A stretch of DNA of 58,444 nt, filler included, from Dirinaria sp. TL-2023a (taxonomy: Eukaryota): the NCBI GenBank assembly GCA_051941275.1. It is 3 parts of 3 records of this genome, joined end to end, with 100 filler letters (N's around TTAATTAATTAA, not from the genome) between each part and the next. Parts side by side here need not be neighbours in the genome. Positions count along the whole stretch, not along the records: positions 19,523 to 38,935 come from JAVEBF010000336.1; positions 39,036 to 58,444 come from JAVEBF010000337.1; 1 more part is not named here. One strand, written 5' to 3'. The notes beneath the pieces are model-generated. The model made no database searches. It was not told where the DNA came from and was given only the letters and a program-made list of their open reading frames with translations. Shown here piece by piece: positions 37,117 through 48,570 of the stretch. Each line of letters starts with the position of its first letter. The stretch's first letter is position 1. A program made the translations under genes and the position numbers.

Positions 37117-38504
37117 CTAACTTCGATAACCCCTTCCGAATTGACGCCTTACCCATGGCTGATGATATGATGAGTAGTCTACAAGCAGTTTCTCAGTAAT
37201 CAAGATTACCTTGGCTAGAAGAATTTGATGACTGCCAAGCTAGGAATGCTTGACACTTACCTCGAGCATTAGAAAGCGCCAGCTCCTCACTCACATTGAC
37301 ATACCCTTCCGAATTCACCTTTCCGGTCATCTTGATCTGAGCCAAAGACTCCGTGTCACCTTCCCATGGTGTACGGCTGAGAGTATGGTCAGCAAGGCTC
37401 AAGGAGCAGGAGGTACAATTCTGATTGAGTAGAAGTAGATTCAATCAGTGCGCAAAATACTTACCAGTACACACATGTAACCTGACTTCCTCTCTGGCTC
37501 TTCGCCCACTGCTCGAAGCAGCCCTTGTGAATATTGTTTCCGCACGCAGCCTTGCACCAAACAATCTCTTCTAACTCTGGCTCGAATTCGGTGAAGCAAA
37601 TTGGGCAGTCCCCACTTATTTCTTTACGATTGCTGCTCGAAGACGTATCTGCGTCCAAGACATGGAGCGGCGCGTTGGCGAAAATGAGCCGAAGTTCCTT
37701 GCTTGCGGTCAGCATATAGAGACCTTTGCGGCTAGATATAACTACACTTGAGACAAAGGCGAGCTGGTATTGAAGATGCTCTGGCGCTTTCAGCACGTTG
37801 TGAAGAATCTATGAGGGTGATTTTCAGCGCGACCCAATCAGCTGACGTGGGCATTAGAAGTACATAAACAATATGCTTGCACTGGTTTCCCTTTTGATTA
37901 TCTGGACAAGTACAACTCGGTTCTCTGGAGATAATGATGCTGTAGATATTGCCCGTCGTGCCTTGAGGAATAGTGAGCCAGTAGCATCTTTATAAACCCT
38001 ACCAAGAGACCACAAAGTACAGCAGCCCTGATGGTCGTAAGACTGGTGTTGGTGCATCTCTTTAAGTATCAAAGAAGGGGATCTTTCAATCCGAGAGAAA
38101 AATCGATACTTGCCAGCTAGATCAATGGTCTCTTCTGGTACGTCTTCAGTCCCGCCACGGCTCCGATCGATGACAAACATCCGCTGTGAAGTAGCCCGCT
38201 CTAATTTTTGGAGGTATGAGATTGGTGCTCGCTTTCGAAATACCCTTAATCGCTTTTCTTCACCCTTTACAGGGGAACGATCGTCGGTCTTTCTGATTTT
38301 GGTATGTGGGCGAAGTGGGTGGAGATTGTCCATTTCTCCCTGAGCTCCCTGTCGCGCGCCTGCAACAACCTCGTGCATCTGCTTTGGATATCTAAATTCA
38401 GGACTCGAGCGAAGTCCCTGATCCGCTTTTGAGTTCGAGCATGAATTTGGCGCAGATTGAGACATGGAAAGCTTCCTCTTCCGACCAGCACTGTCCAACT
38501 TCAT
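37117..38504 (-). CDS. SWIM zinc finger + RING finger protein (probable E3 ligase); first intron GC-AG
   Basis: EEKRLRVFRKRAP..RATSQRMFV, GTTGNIY..SCTCPD..QCKHI (SWIM), CPICF..WCKAACGNNIHKGCFEQW..CVYC|RTPW, NSEGYVNV, DYSSYHQPW. Confidence 0.88.
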
Positions 38505-38679
38505 TGTCACTGCCACTTGATAGGCCGACGCTCAAAATACAGCGCAGTGTAAAAACGATGGCAAGCTTCGAGCCAGAGAGGTTTCACATTTCAAGATGAA
38601 AATATGGGCTTAGTGGCAGATGCACGCTCAGCAAGAAGGGCAGGCAAATCTTGGGGATCTCGGTCAAAGGTGTAAAGTG

Positions 38680-38702
38680 TTATCGATAAGATAAGATAAG
38701 AT
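38680..38702. promoter_or_regulatory. Tandem GATAAG array (GATA-factor-like sites) upstream of the SWIM-RING gene
   Basis: TTATCGATAAGATAAGATAAGAT. Confidence 0.3.
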
Positions 38703-38785
38703 GATTGCATACACAACGTCACAACTCACATGTGGGTAAGGTATTGGCCTATTGGGCTACCTACAGTAAACGCTCGGCACATATA

Positions 38786-38935
38786 CTCGTATTCACCTAC
38801 TTTCTTGGTTCACCTACTTTCTTGGTAGGGTTAGGGTTACTACACTAAAAACCCCATAACCCTAAGTAGGGTAGGGTTGGAAGAATTCTGGTGGGTGGTA
38901 ACCCTAACCCTACCAAGAAAGTAGGTGAATACGAG
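38786..38935. mobile_element. MITE-like foldback element with 38-bp terminal inverted repeats containing telomeric hexamers
   Basis: Left arm CTCGTATTCACCTACTTTCTTGG[17-bp duplication]TAGGGTTAGGGTTAC (38786-38840). Right arm GTAACCCTAACCCTACCAAGAAAGTAGGTGAATACGAG (38898-38935). Preceded by TA; ends at the contig break. Confidence 0.75.
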
Positions 38936-39035
38936 NNNNNNNNNNNNNNNNNNNNNNNNNNNNNNNNNNNNNNNNNNNNTTAATTAATTAANNNNNNNNN
39001 NNNNNNNNNNNNNNNNNNNNNNNNNNNNNNNNNNN
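38936..39035. other. Assembly spacer (44 N + TTAATTAATTAA + 44 N)
   Basis: Same layout as 19423-19522. Confidence 0.95.
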
Positions 39036-39074
39036 GGCCCCTTCCTTTTTCTTTTACATCCCATCCGACCGCAT

Positions 39075-39852
39075 CTAATCCGCAGCCTCGACCTCCTCCA
39101 GATCATCCTCCTTCGGCACGACTTTACCCTTAGCTCCTTTCGCGCTAGCGGCTGGCCCGCCCTTGTCGGCCGTCTCTTCCTCGTCGGCACTGCCCGGGTC
39201 GTCACCGTCTTCCTCTTCTTCCTCATCATCCTCCTCGCCCGGGGCGGCGGCTGCGTCTTCGCTCCCGGAGACTTCCTCGGCGTCTTCTTCGTCACCTACT
39301 TCTTCCGGGGCGGCGGTTTTGGTTTTGCGCTTCTTGGACGCGGGTGGTGCTGCTGATTGTGCATTAGCGTCAGACGTGAAGGGTGGTAATGTAAGTTGGG
39401 GGTTGCGAGACGATTTGAGGGTTCGATTGGAAATGAGAATGGAGGGGTTTAGAGGGGAATGAAGATGTACCTTCGGCTCCTTCGTCGTCTTCGGAGGCAT
39501 CTTCGGGATCGACGTCAGAGGCCTCGGAGTCTTCGTATCTATGTCGGTGTTAGTCAGCTGCTTCTTCAATTGCAGAAGATAGGAGTAAGCAGTGCGCGCC
39601 AGCGACGCGACAGCGCTGATTTCGTGAGGCGGTATGAAACCCCAACATCGCATCAATACATCACGACTCAATTGACGACGCGGAAAGACACAGAGAAATG
39701 GAACAAGTATGGGAAAAACATGGCAAGCTCAAGGGCTGGGCAACAATGACGTCAAGATTAACTTACTCTTCCTCCTCGTCACTTTCATCGCTAGGCAGGG
39801 CTTGGAGCGGTTCCTCCTCCTCGGCGTCTTGCTTTCTCTTACGGGTAGACAT
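39075..39852 (-). CDS. Small, highly acidic disordered nuclear protein (3 exons); function unknown
   Basis: MSTRKRKQDAEEEEPLQALPSDESDEEEE|YEDSEASDVDPEDASEDDEGAE|AAPPASKKRKTK..EEVEAAD*, with GT-AG introns and CTAAC/CTAAT branch sites. Confidence 0.75.
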
Positions 39853-40500
39853 TGGGGTGATTGGCAGCTGATTGAGTTGTAGGTGTAGGGGGCAGTGGAA
39901 ATAGAAATGGAAGGAATGAAGAGCTGAAAGCTTTTTTGGGGGGGGAGAGACGAAGGGGAAAGGGAGGTTGACGTCTGTGTGTGGGAGCTCCTTCTTCAGC
40001 CGGAAATCAGGGTCAGTGCCAAGCCGGTCGAGCAAGGCTGAAAGCTAGAGCTTTTGGCGCGGCCAATTAAAGCCGATTTGAATGTGACCGATCCTTCCCC
40101 TTGCAGGTCGGAGATAAAAGATGTGACGCCATCTCACCGTCGCTTTTAGGGTCATTTGAGGGTTCGATTTGCTGAATCAGGAGACAGTATTGATTCCTTC
40201 AAGGTGGAACTGAAGGTGAAAATGCAGTCTCTGGAAGAACTCATCATTTCCAGATCACGCTGGAAATTCTGTGCTTCGAGCATCACCGGAGACGGAACGA
40301 TGTAGCTCTGGTGTTGGCGAGCAAGTGCAATGCCAGCAATCTTATGCAAATACAAGTCGGTGTATGTACACTTCGATAGTAACAAAATTGGCATTTGAAT
40401 GTCGAGTTGCTCTTCGTGCTACACCTGTGATAAAGCACCGTTGCCTCTTGGACGCAATGATTGAATAGATGCCACCAAAAATTCTCTTCAGCTGGGAATC

Positions 40501-41991
40501 TCATGCCACCATGCTTATATCATAGTCCCGAGTGTCGATGCTCCCATTGCGCCTATCTGCGCCAAACAGCTCCTCCTCCGTCCAGCCACAACGATGGCTA
40601 TAGACTGCTACGTCTTCATCGAGCACAAAGGCCAGATTATCCAGTTCGCGGGGCAGAGCAAGGCCCTGACCGGCCTTGGGGTAAGGCAAAAACTCGCGTT
40701 CTGCCATGATGTCGTAGAACTCTTCCTCGGCGCTGAGCCTTTCAGCTGTAGTTTCTTGTACTTGATCTCTGGGCTCGGTGTCATTGCCCGCCAGAGGCGC
40801 TGTGTTTCCATAGATGGGCAAGGAAGGGTGAAGCGTGGTAGCGTGTAAAAGCAACGAGATAAGCCGGTCTGTAGGTAAGGTCTCAAGGTACTGACGCTTT
40901 TCCGTAAGACTCAACGTCTCAGCACTGGTCTTGCTGGCCCATTGCTCCTTTTCGCTTCGGCGAACCTCGCAGTCAGCGCAAAACCATTCCTTGTCTGGGA
41001 TCCGGATGACTTCATCCTTGATAGGAGTATAGTGACAGTAGACGTGCCAAGGCGTGTTGCAGCCATCGCAGAAAACAATCATGTTGCTCAAGGGACTATG
41101 ACCCCTGCCGCAGCTTTTGCAAACCGCTGCTTCGCCGGGTTTCCTGTGGTGGCGTTTTGGTTTCTTGCCCATTTTGGTTGTTTTGGGAGTAGTATTGACC
41201 ACAGGTGCCTTGACCACATCCTTTTCCTCAAGGTCAATGACCACGGGTGAAAATGTGTTAGCTTGCGTAATCCGTCTTCCAGATCGTGACTGTGTGGGTA
41301 AGGGTGAGTAGATTTCGGAACCGTCCGAATTGTTTTTCTCGTCGTCCTCTTCCTGTTTCCTTTTTCTCTTCAGCCCCCCACCCCGTGATAGACCGCCTCT
41401 ACTCCCCCGAGGCCTGCCGCCTCTGTTCACCCTGCCGCGCCCTCTACCAGAGCCTCTTCCACCCCCAGACGATGTATTAACTTGTGCGAATCCCGAGTTG
41501 ACCCCATTGATAGGCTCCACGTTTTCCAGCTTGATCGTAGGAGGCCTGCCTCCCCTCCCTCTCCCTCGTCCTCTGCCTCTACCCCTTCCAGTCCTACCTC
41601 GTGGAACCGTCGCGGGAGGCTCGAAATCTTTCGAGGTCACCATTTGGCTAAGCACAGACTCTCGCGCAGCTTGCCATTCAGGCGTACTGGGTGCCGTCCT
41701 GGCGGTGCCATTGGTAGCGACTCGTGACAGGAGTGAATTTGCTGGAGGGGTAAAGGTGGGCATAGGGCTCGAGTTCAAGCTGGGTGCTGCGCTCTGCTGT
41801 GGAGTGCTGCGCGATTTGGATATAGAGGAAAAGTAACCGCGGCGAGGTGGAGAGCCTTTGCGGGATGCGGCTGTTAGCGGTTGTAGTAATTGTTGTGCAT
41901 TCGCATTTTGTATGGGGTCTGGTTGACCAGGGCTTATGCCTGAATCCTGATCCGGGACTACATTGACCGGGGGCTCGGGTGCGGAAGCCAT
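40501..41991 (-). CDS. PHD finger chromatin protein (Phf1/Phf2-like) with a GR/AT-hook-like region
   Basis: CKSCGRGHSPLSNMIVFCDGCNTPWHVYCH..EWFCADC; GRGRGR..GGRPRG; EKRQYLETL..LISLLLHATTLHPSLPI. Confidence 0.85.
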   Translation of the reverse strand: MASAPEPPVNVVPDQDSGISPGQPDPIQNANAQQLLQPLTAASRKGSPPRRGYFSSISKSRSTPQQSAAPSLNSSPMPTFTPPANSLLSRVATNGTARTAPSTPEWQAARESVLSQMVTSKDFEPPATVPRGRTGRGRGRGRGRGRGGRPPTIKLENVEPINGVNSGFAQVNTSSGGGRGSGRGRGRVNRGGRPRGSRGGLSRGGGLKRKRKQEEDDEKNNSDGSEIYSPLPTQSRSGRRITQANTFSPVVIDLEEKDVVKAPVVNTTPKTTKMGKKPKRHHRKPGEAAVCKSCGRGHSPLSNMIVFCDGCNTPWHVYCHYTPIKDEVIRIPDKEWFCADCEVRRSEKEQWASKTSAETLSLTEKRQYLETLPTDRLISLLLHATTLHPSLPIYGNTAPLAGNDTEPRDQVQETTAERLSAEEEFYDIMAEREFLPYPKAGQGLALPRELDNLAFVLDEDVAVYSHRCGWTEEELFGADRRNGSIDTRDYDISMVA

Positions 41992-42230
41992 ATTATGGCA
42001 GGAGGAGCTTGACGATACAGGAGTCAAATATGGAATAATGAATAGATCTTGGCAATTTCCACAAACTTGAGAACGAAACCATGTCACGTGTGCCAGCCCT
42101 AAGCGGCTCTATTTGGCTAGAACAGAAGCTATGCACGAAGCGAAGGATACCTGAAGGTACTGCTCATTGGTATGCTCAGGAAAAGTCGCCCCATATTGTG
42201 TTAAGATTTGGATCAAATAATTCATTTGGG

Positions 42231-43872
42231 CTATGCCACAATGCCTTCCCTCTTCAAGCTTTCGATATTGGCTTGCGTCATGCCCAAAACGTTGCTCAGT
42301 ATCTCATCCGTATGCTGCCCCAACAGAGGAGGCGGTATCCTTATCTTTGGCTCTGAGCGCGAGAACTTTACAGGAGTATTGACCAGCTTCATCGGACCAC
42401 AGACCGAATGGTCGACCTCAGTGACCATGTTTCGAGCAAGCACTGGGTTAAAATTAGTTCAATTCCAAGGAAAATTGATTGACCCTGGGCAGGCAAAGAA
42501 TAATTCTTACCGTGCTCGTGACTCAGCGTTTTTTGTACATCGTTGATTGCAGCGTAAGGCATCCCACTTCCATCTAGTACTTCAAGCCACGCAGCTGTGG
42601 TACGTTTTCGAGTTTCAGCTTCGATTAGAGCCTCGAGCTCTTCCCTATTCTCTACCCGCGCTCCATTTGTCGCGAACTTCGTAGCCGACTTCCATTCCGG
42701 CTTCCCTAGCTTGTCACAGAGTATCCCGAACAGCCGATCATTACCGCCTCCCAGTAGTATATCTCCATCAAGCGTTTTGAAACCTTTATAGGGAACAATA
42801 GAAGCTAATGGAAATTAGCAGCATACCACCATCGAAGGTGTCACAGGCATACGATGTGCAGTACCCCATCTCCCAGAATCCGGTTGCCCGCTGATGAGGG
42901 CCGAGCTGGCTATGTTTGTCAAAGTGGCGACCTGACAGTCACTGAGTGCAACATCGATATGCTGGCCTTTGCCGGCCCTTGCTCGGCCCAGCAATGCCGC
43001 GAGGATTGAATTGGAGGTGTAAAGCCCGGTGGTCAGATCTGTGACGGCCACGCCAACCTTGACAGGTGGTCCATCTCTCGAACCAGTTATGTGCATCAAC
43101 CCCATCTCGGCCTCGACCATCACATCGTAGCCTGCTCGCTTTCGATATGGCCCTGTCTGACCGTATCCTGTGACACTCGCATAAATAATACTTGGATTGA
43201 TTTTGCTGACGAAATCGTAGTCCATCTGATACTTTTTGAGAGTATCTGGAAGGTAATTTTCAACAAGAACGTCGCAATCTTTGACGAGCTTATGGAGTAT
43301 CTCCACGCCAGAAGGTTGAGCGAAAGAAAGACCGATTGACTTCTTGTTCCGATTGACCTAGAGAGGCCGAATGAGGCACGAGAATGGCTAAATGATTACT
43401 CCATCGCTCACCGACAAGAAGTACGCGCTTTCACCTGGTTGTTCTGTACTGCTTCCTCGAATGTGTTTCGCGAACGGAGGCCCCCATGCTCTAGTATCGT
43501 CCCCTCTCACAGGATGCTCAATCTTGATGACTTCGGCGCTTTTGACCGCAAAAAGCATTAGCATGACATGGGAGAGACCTCCTGTGAAACCAGTTGAAGA
43601 TATATCATACTGAAGACTGTGGCCTACCCAAGGTCTCCTAGAATTTGCGTACAGTATGGCTGGAAAGGGTTAGATATACTTCTCTATAGAAACCTCGAAC
43701 ATACACCTGCGAGGACTCTAGTCATGTCGAGCACTCGAATACCCGACAATGGTAGGTTTGGTGACTCCGCGGCTGTGGCCATAGAGCGGTGCGCCGACCT
43801 TCGTGAGCCATTAAGAACTCTGGGCAATCCAGGCCGCAGTGCCACTTTCTGTAAAGCTCTAGGGCCACTCAT
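42231..43872 (-). CDS. Mitochondrial CoA-transferase family III (CaiB/BaiF; succinate-hydroxymethylglutarate CoA-transferase-like)
   Basis: Basic presequence, [88 protein letters not shown]. Confidence 0.93.
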
Positions 43873-44044
43873 AGCTGAATCTCCCGGGAAAGGCCTCAAA
43901 TGAGGGTTCTTGGAGTTAGGAGTGACGAACAGGTGAAAGTCGAGTAGACCAGGCTGGTCAAAATATTTAGCGTGTGCATGTGTGTTGCGAAACCTTGGCA
44001 TCCAATCTTCTTTCCCTTGCCCACATGTCGCATGATTGATCGCT

Positions 44045-44400
44045 AAGATACTCATTGTCGTCTATCGATGTCTTTCTTCTCAATTCGATGCTTCAGAATT
44101 AAAATTGCGAAAGCCATCTTTTTCTAGCGTCTTTTAACACTTAACGATTTGTCGATCTAACAGTGACACTTTCATGACGAATTAGTCCATCGTCACTTCG
44201 TGAAAACGTTATTTTGCTGAAATCCTGTTCTTTCGCTGACGCTAGAGCGGAGCGACTACGTTATTGACTTCTGAGACAGCAAAAGATTGAAGGGTATCTA
44301 TTTTTTTTTGATAGATGAAACCGAACTGTAGACACTAAACGAGAGTGATGTGACGGCAGTGAGACTTCTTTAAAAAAAAATTAGCTTGTAGACTGCGCCT
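44045..44400. repeat. AT-rich, CC/GG-depleted relic (probable mutated repeat fragment) in the CoA-transferase/RIB5 divergent promoter
   Basis: About 9 CC+GG dinucleotides in ~355 nt by manual count, while CG is retained. Same signature as 19523-20460. Confidence 0.45.
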
Positions 44401-44572
44401 GTAGAGGAGAGAATGGATTTTGAGATGCCAAGGTTTCGCAACACACATGCACACGCCAAATCGAGCCGAGGTTCAATTCACCCCGCAACAAAAAGTCTCC
44501 ATTAAGGACCTCTCTCTAAGTCATATCACCGGCCAAAAGTCTTGTCCTTACTCCTGTCTCTTGCACATCATA

Positions 44573-45454
44573 ATGTTCACCGGGATCGTCGAAGCCGTTG
44601 GCAGTAAGTCCTCATTCACTCGGCGCACACACACACACACACAACCCATCAATAACCTAACCGCAGCCAGCCGTCACCAAACTCCAATCTCACGATGAGT
44701 CTTCCGCCGGAGGAGACGGCACTTCGCTGACCATCGGCGATTGCGCCGACATCCTCGGGGATGCCAAGCTCGGCGACAGTATCAGCATCAATGGCACCTG
44801 CCTGACCATCACCTCCTTCGACAAGACATCGTTCGTCGTCGGGATCTCGCCCGAGACCCTGCGGCGCACGAACCTTGGTTCGCTGGCCCAAGGATCGGGA
44901 GTCAATCTGGAGAGAGCCGTCAGCGCGTCTACGCGTATGGGCGGCCATTTCGTACAAGGCCATGTGGACACCATCGCTACCATACTGTCCGTGACCCCGG
45001 ATGGGAATGCGCTCACGTTTCGACTGGCCCCGCGAGATCGTGCCGTGCTTCGATACGTGGTTGAAAAGGGTTACATCACGCTGGATGGAGCGAGTCTGAC
45101 AATCACAGCAGTGAATGATGCGGAGGGTTGGTGGGAGGTCATGCTCATCGTTTATACACAAGAGAAGGTGGTGATGGGCAAGAAGCAGGCGGGCGAGGAG
45201 GTGAATGTCGAGGTGGATATGGTTGGGAAGTACGTTGAGAAGAGCGTGAGGGGATATTTTGAGGGTGAAGGAGGTGGGAGAGAGATGAAGATGCTAGAGA
45301 AGGTTGTTGGAAGGATGGTGGAGGAGGCAATGACGAGGCAAAAATTTGTCCTTGTAAGTGTTCCAAAGTATTTCTTGATTGACATAAGGAAGCTGAGGTA
45401 CTGAGGCTAACTGGCGTACTCTCGTAATCATAGAAAGCGACTCGGCTCGAATAG
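44573..45454 (+). CDS. RIB5: Riboflavin synthase (alpha chain)
   Basis: MFTGIVE N-terminus, LGDSISINGTCLT, PETLRRTNLG, VNLERAV..RMGGHFVQGHVDT, YVVEKGYITLDGASLT, VNVEVD. Intron from 44604; probable terminal intron 45354-45433 (otherwise stop at 45404). Confidence 0.95.
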
Positions 45455-45874
45455 GTCATAGAAATAGGAGGACGAATTATTCAGATGCCAGCACCAAAAT
45501 CCACAAAGCAGACCACTTCGCTCATCGTATACAAAAGTCGGACAGGCTAGTAGAGATGAGCAATTATAGCTGCTAAGTTTCTGTAATATACCAAGTGAAT
45601 TATCCAAAAAAAAAAAAAAAAAAAGCCGTAATCTGAAGATCAGTAACGTCCTGGGGACCAAAACGCTGAAGATTTGCTGCGATGATAGGCAGTTCTACCG
45701 TCTTAATAATGTTCACCCCCACATGTGGAGCTAATCCCTCGATATGGTGTATTCGATGAGACGCAGTCTATATAATAGTCTTGGTGGTACACGTGTATGC
45801 TGTTAGTTCCTTATCCAACCTTCTCCGACAATCCTAATCTATGATATGAAATTGTACAGACGAATTGGATTGTG

Positions 45875-47813
45875 CTAAGAGCGCGGCTCTAAGATTGCAT
45901 CGTTTTCTTCGCGATTGTCGCTCACTGATGCAGGTGCCGTGGGCTCATTCCAATGCGCTTTTTGGCCATTAGCAAATCTTGCTCGATCTAGATTGCCCGA
46001 GATGGAATCGCTACACGTACCATGAGGCTTCAGAAACCAAGTCAGGAGAAATGCAAAACCGAAAGTTGCCGATAGACATACAAACACAGTCTGAGTGAAT
46101 TTGCCCACCGTAAGGAAATAGATTGTATTGAAAATTGTGGGTGCCACTACCCTGGCCAAAGCGTGCAGCAACCCCACGGCACCGAGAAGTTGACCTGTTC
46201 GATCGCGAGGCACGTGCTTGGTCATCGCAGACGAGAGCGTTGGCGATCCTATACTACCTATTGAAGCCAGCGCACCAGAGAAGATAAACAGTGGGCCCAT
46301 ACGAACGGTGGTGTAGCCGATATATCCAAGCATGTCGAACGCTACAGCGGCCCTGATGATGTAAAGATCTACTTGGTCAAAGTCTGACTTGTTGTGGTCT
46401 TGCTCCGATTTTGGCCCACGCAAAATCCGGACAACAATGGGGAGGAAAACCAGTAGGCTCGTGACCCGGCAGGTGCTGGCAATAGACTGGTATACGCTGG
46501 CCATGAACGTATCCCAATCGAACGTGTACTCAGCATAAATAAGAATGATACTCATCGAACTCATTGCAACTCCAAACATGGTAGTGTCAATAGCGGCTAG
46601 CAAGACCAAATTACGGCGTAGGGCACGGGTTGTTCCCTTGCCAGTAGGCCAAAGAACTGACAACGACACGAAAGCGTTCGTGTCTTTGAAGAGAACCCAT
46701 ATAGTGGAAGTCCAATTCTTCGATGGATATTGAGCAGCGATGGTTGCATCCAGTTTCTCGCGAGCCTGTTGTTGGCGCTTTTTGCTCAGAGACTCAGGAA
46801 TAATGAAGCCGATAAAGAGGAAGAAAAACGTATGGCAGGCTAGAGCAACGTAGAAGGGAATCAGCAAATTCCCGGTAAGTTTAACAATGTAGCCAGCCGC
46901 CAGTGGCCCTAAAGCTATGCCACTGAATAGGCAGCCATGGAAATAGCCGAACACGACGGAGCGTCGTGCTGGCGCTGTGCAATCGCTTGCGTATGCAAAG
47001 ACGATAGCCATTGCCGCGGTGAAGGAGCCACACAGTCCATCGAAGACGTAGCCGACAAGTATCCAATTGACCGACGCCATCTCGGGGTTTTTCGCAACGA
47101 AAATCGTCAGGGATTCGGCTATGAGATATCCTACTCCTGCAAAAGCGAGGATCTTCTTTCGACCATACAGATCGGACAGTCTGCCCAATATTGGACTTGT
47201 GATCGCAGATAGGACCCCCGCAATGATGCCTTGCCACAAAGTGAAGCTCGTAACGCCCCTCTGCACCTCGACTATTTGGCGACATTGTTGGTTATCCACA
47301 CCGAATACAACCGGCTCAAAGTGAAAACCTGGATCCTTTCTGGCAGTGTCCGCTAGGTAGTCACGACATATGAGTTCCAAGACGAGGTTAAGTTTCGGAA
47401 CGATGATACCTCCAAAGGAGAGTGTAAAGAGGAAGAATGGCGGCAACAACCAGTACATCTAAGCCAAGAATTCAGCTTTCACTATAACACGACATTGGGG
47501 AAGAGACGAGTAGGCTCACAGATGGCGTGTCCCACCAAGGCCTTCCTTCGAAATCCTTCGCCCCGGACCATTCTGCTTCTTCTGAATGCGGCTCGCCATC
47601 GTCGCTGCTTGAGCGGTGGGCAAAATCCTCTTCAATGCTCCTTGATAAGAGCGGTGTCTCTTCCGAATCGCTGCCTTTATATCGTTCTGTAGCACCGTTC
47701 CCTGCGCCGATTGAATCGTGCGCGGGTTGGTTATCGCGGTCTGAGTGTCGAGAACGCGACCTTGGGTGAACCCTGTGGTGAGCGTCGGCGTCAAAAGCTT
47801 GGTCGCTCGCCAT
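45875..47813 (-). CDS. MFS transporter (SLC46/tetracycline-efflux-like)
   Basis: PWWDTPS|MYWLLPPF, ILGRLSDLYGRKK (MFS motif A), AYASDCT, RTGQLLGA; about 12 hydrophobic segments. Confidence 0.92.
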
Positions 47814-48570
47814 GACGGTCAACGAAGCAGCACGGTGGTCTTCGTTTGATGACGTGTCTAGTCCAATTTGGCCCAGCAGTCAGAGTTCGGGAAGTGGATC
47901 GGTTCCGTGGCGATTTCCATTATCAGTGATTCAGTGTCGAGTGAAGTCAAAGCCGCCACGAACCGCAGTAGTGATGATGATAACATGGAATGATGAAATG
48001 CAGCTGAGAGGAAAAGGAAGAGGTTCCAACAGAGCCATTGGATGCTGTCAGCGTCTCAGCGTATCGACATGCTTCAGCTCCTTCGCATCCATTTGCCAAT
48101 TGGTCAGCACCCGCGGCAGCTGAGTTGTTTCGCAATCACTCCGATAAAAAGTCATGACGCCGCAAGATCCCCCGCGATCTGTTAATAATCCCGGAGCTTG
48201 GCGTTGATCCGAGGACCGAAGGAATGGCGCCCTCGGAGTCTCGGACCGACAGAGGCTCCGAGGCGCGGTCATCGACAGATAAGATGGGTTTTATGTCATG
48301 TGAGCCCGCTCGGGCGATTGGCTTTCAAATGAAACATGGAGCAAGTCTGATTTGACGGGGGGAACCTAGTGCACACAAGTAATTAGAAGTCGACTTAGGT
48401 ATGCAATTTCATCAAGACTCTATGATCATGTCAATCCTCTTCGAACAATTCTCCCTCCATATTTCCTCCTTGGATATCGTCAGAATTCTAGTCGTGAATC
48501 AAGCTCGTTAATAGAGAGTATGTGTCTCGCTCGCTCGCGTCATATCATCCATCATTCATGTGTGTGAGCT

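Noticed and set aside
38984..39295. ORF running into X residues
   Set aside because: Alternative frame of the acidic protein gene, terminated by the linker.
44625..44643. (AC)n microsatellite in RIB5 intron 1, and 13-bp duplications at about 30040 and 52537
   Set aside because: Ordinary slippage repeats.
45606..45623. Poly-A run as a retroposon tail
   Set aside because: No TSD or upstream element; a homopolymer between convergent genes.
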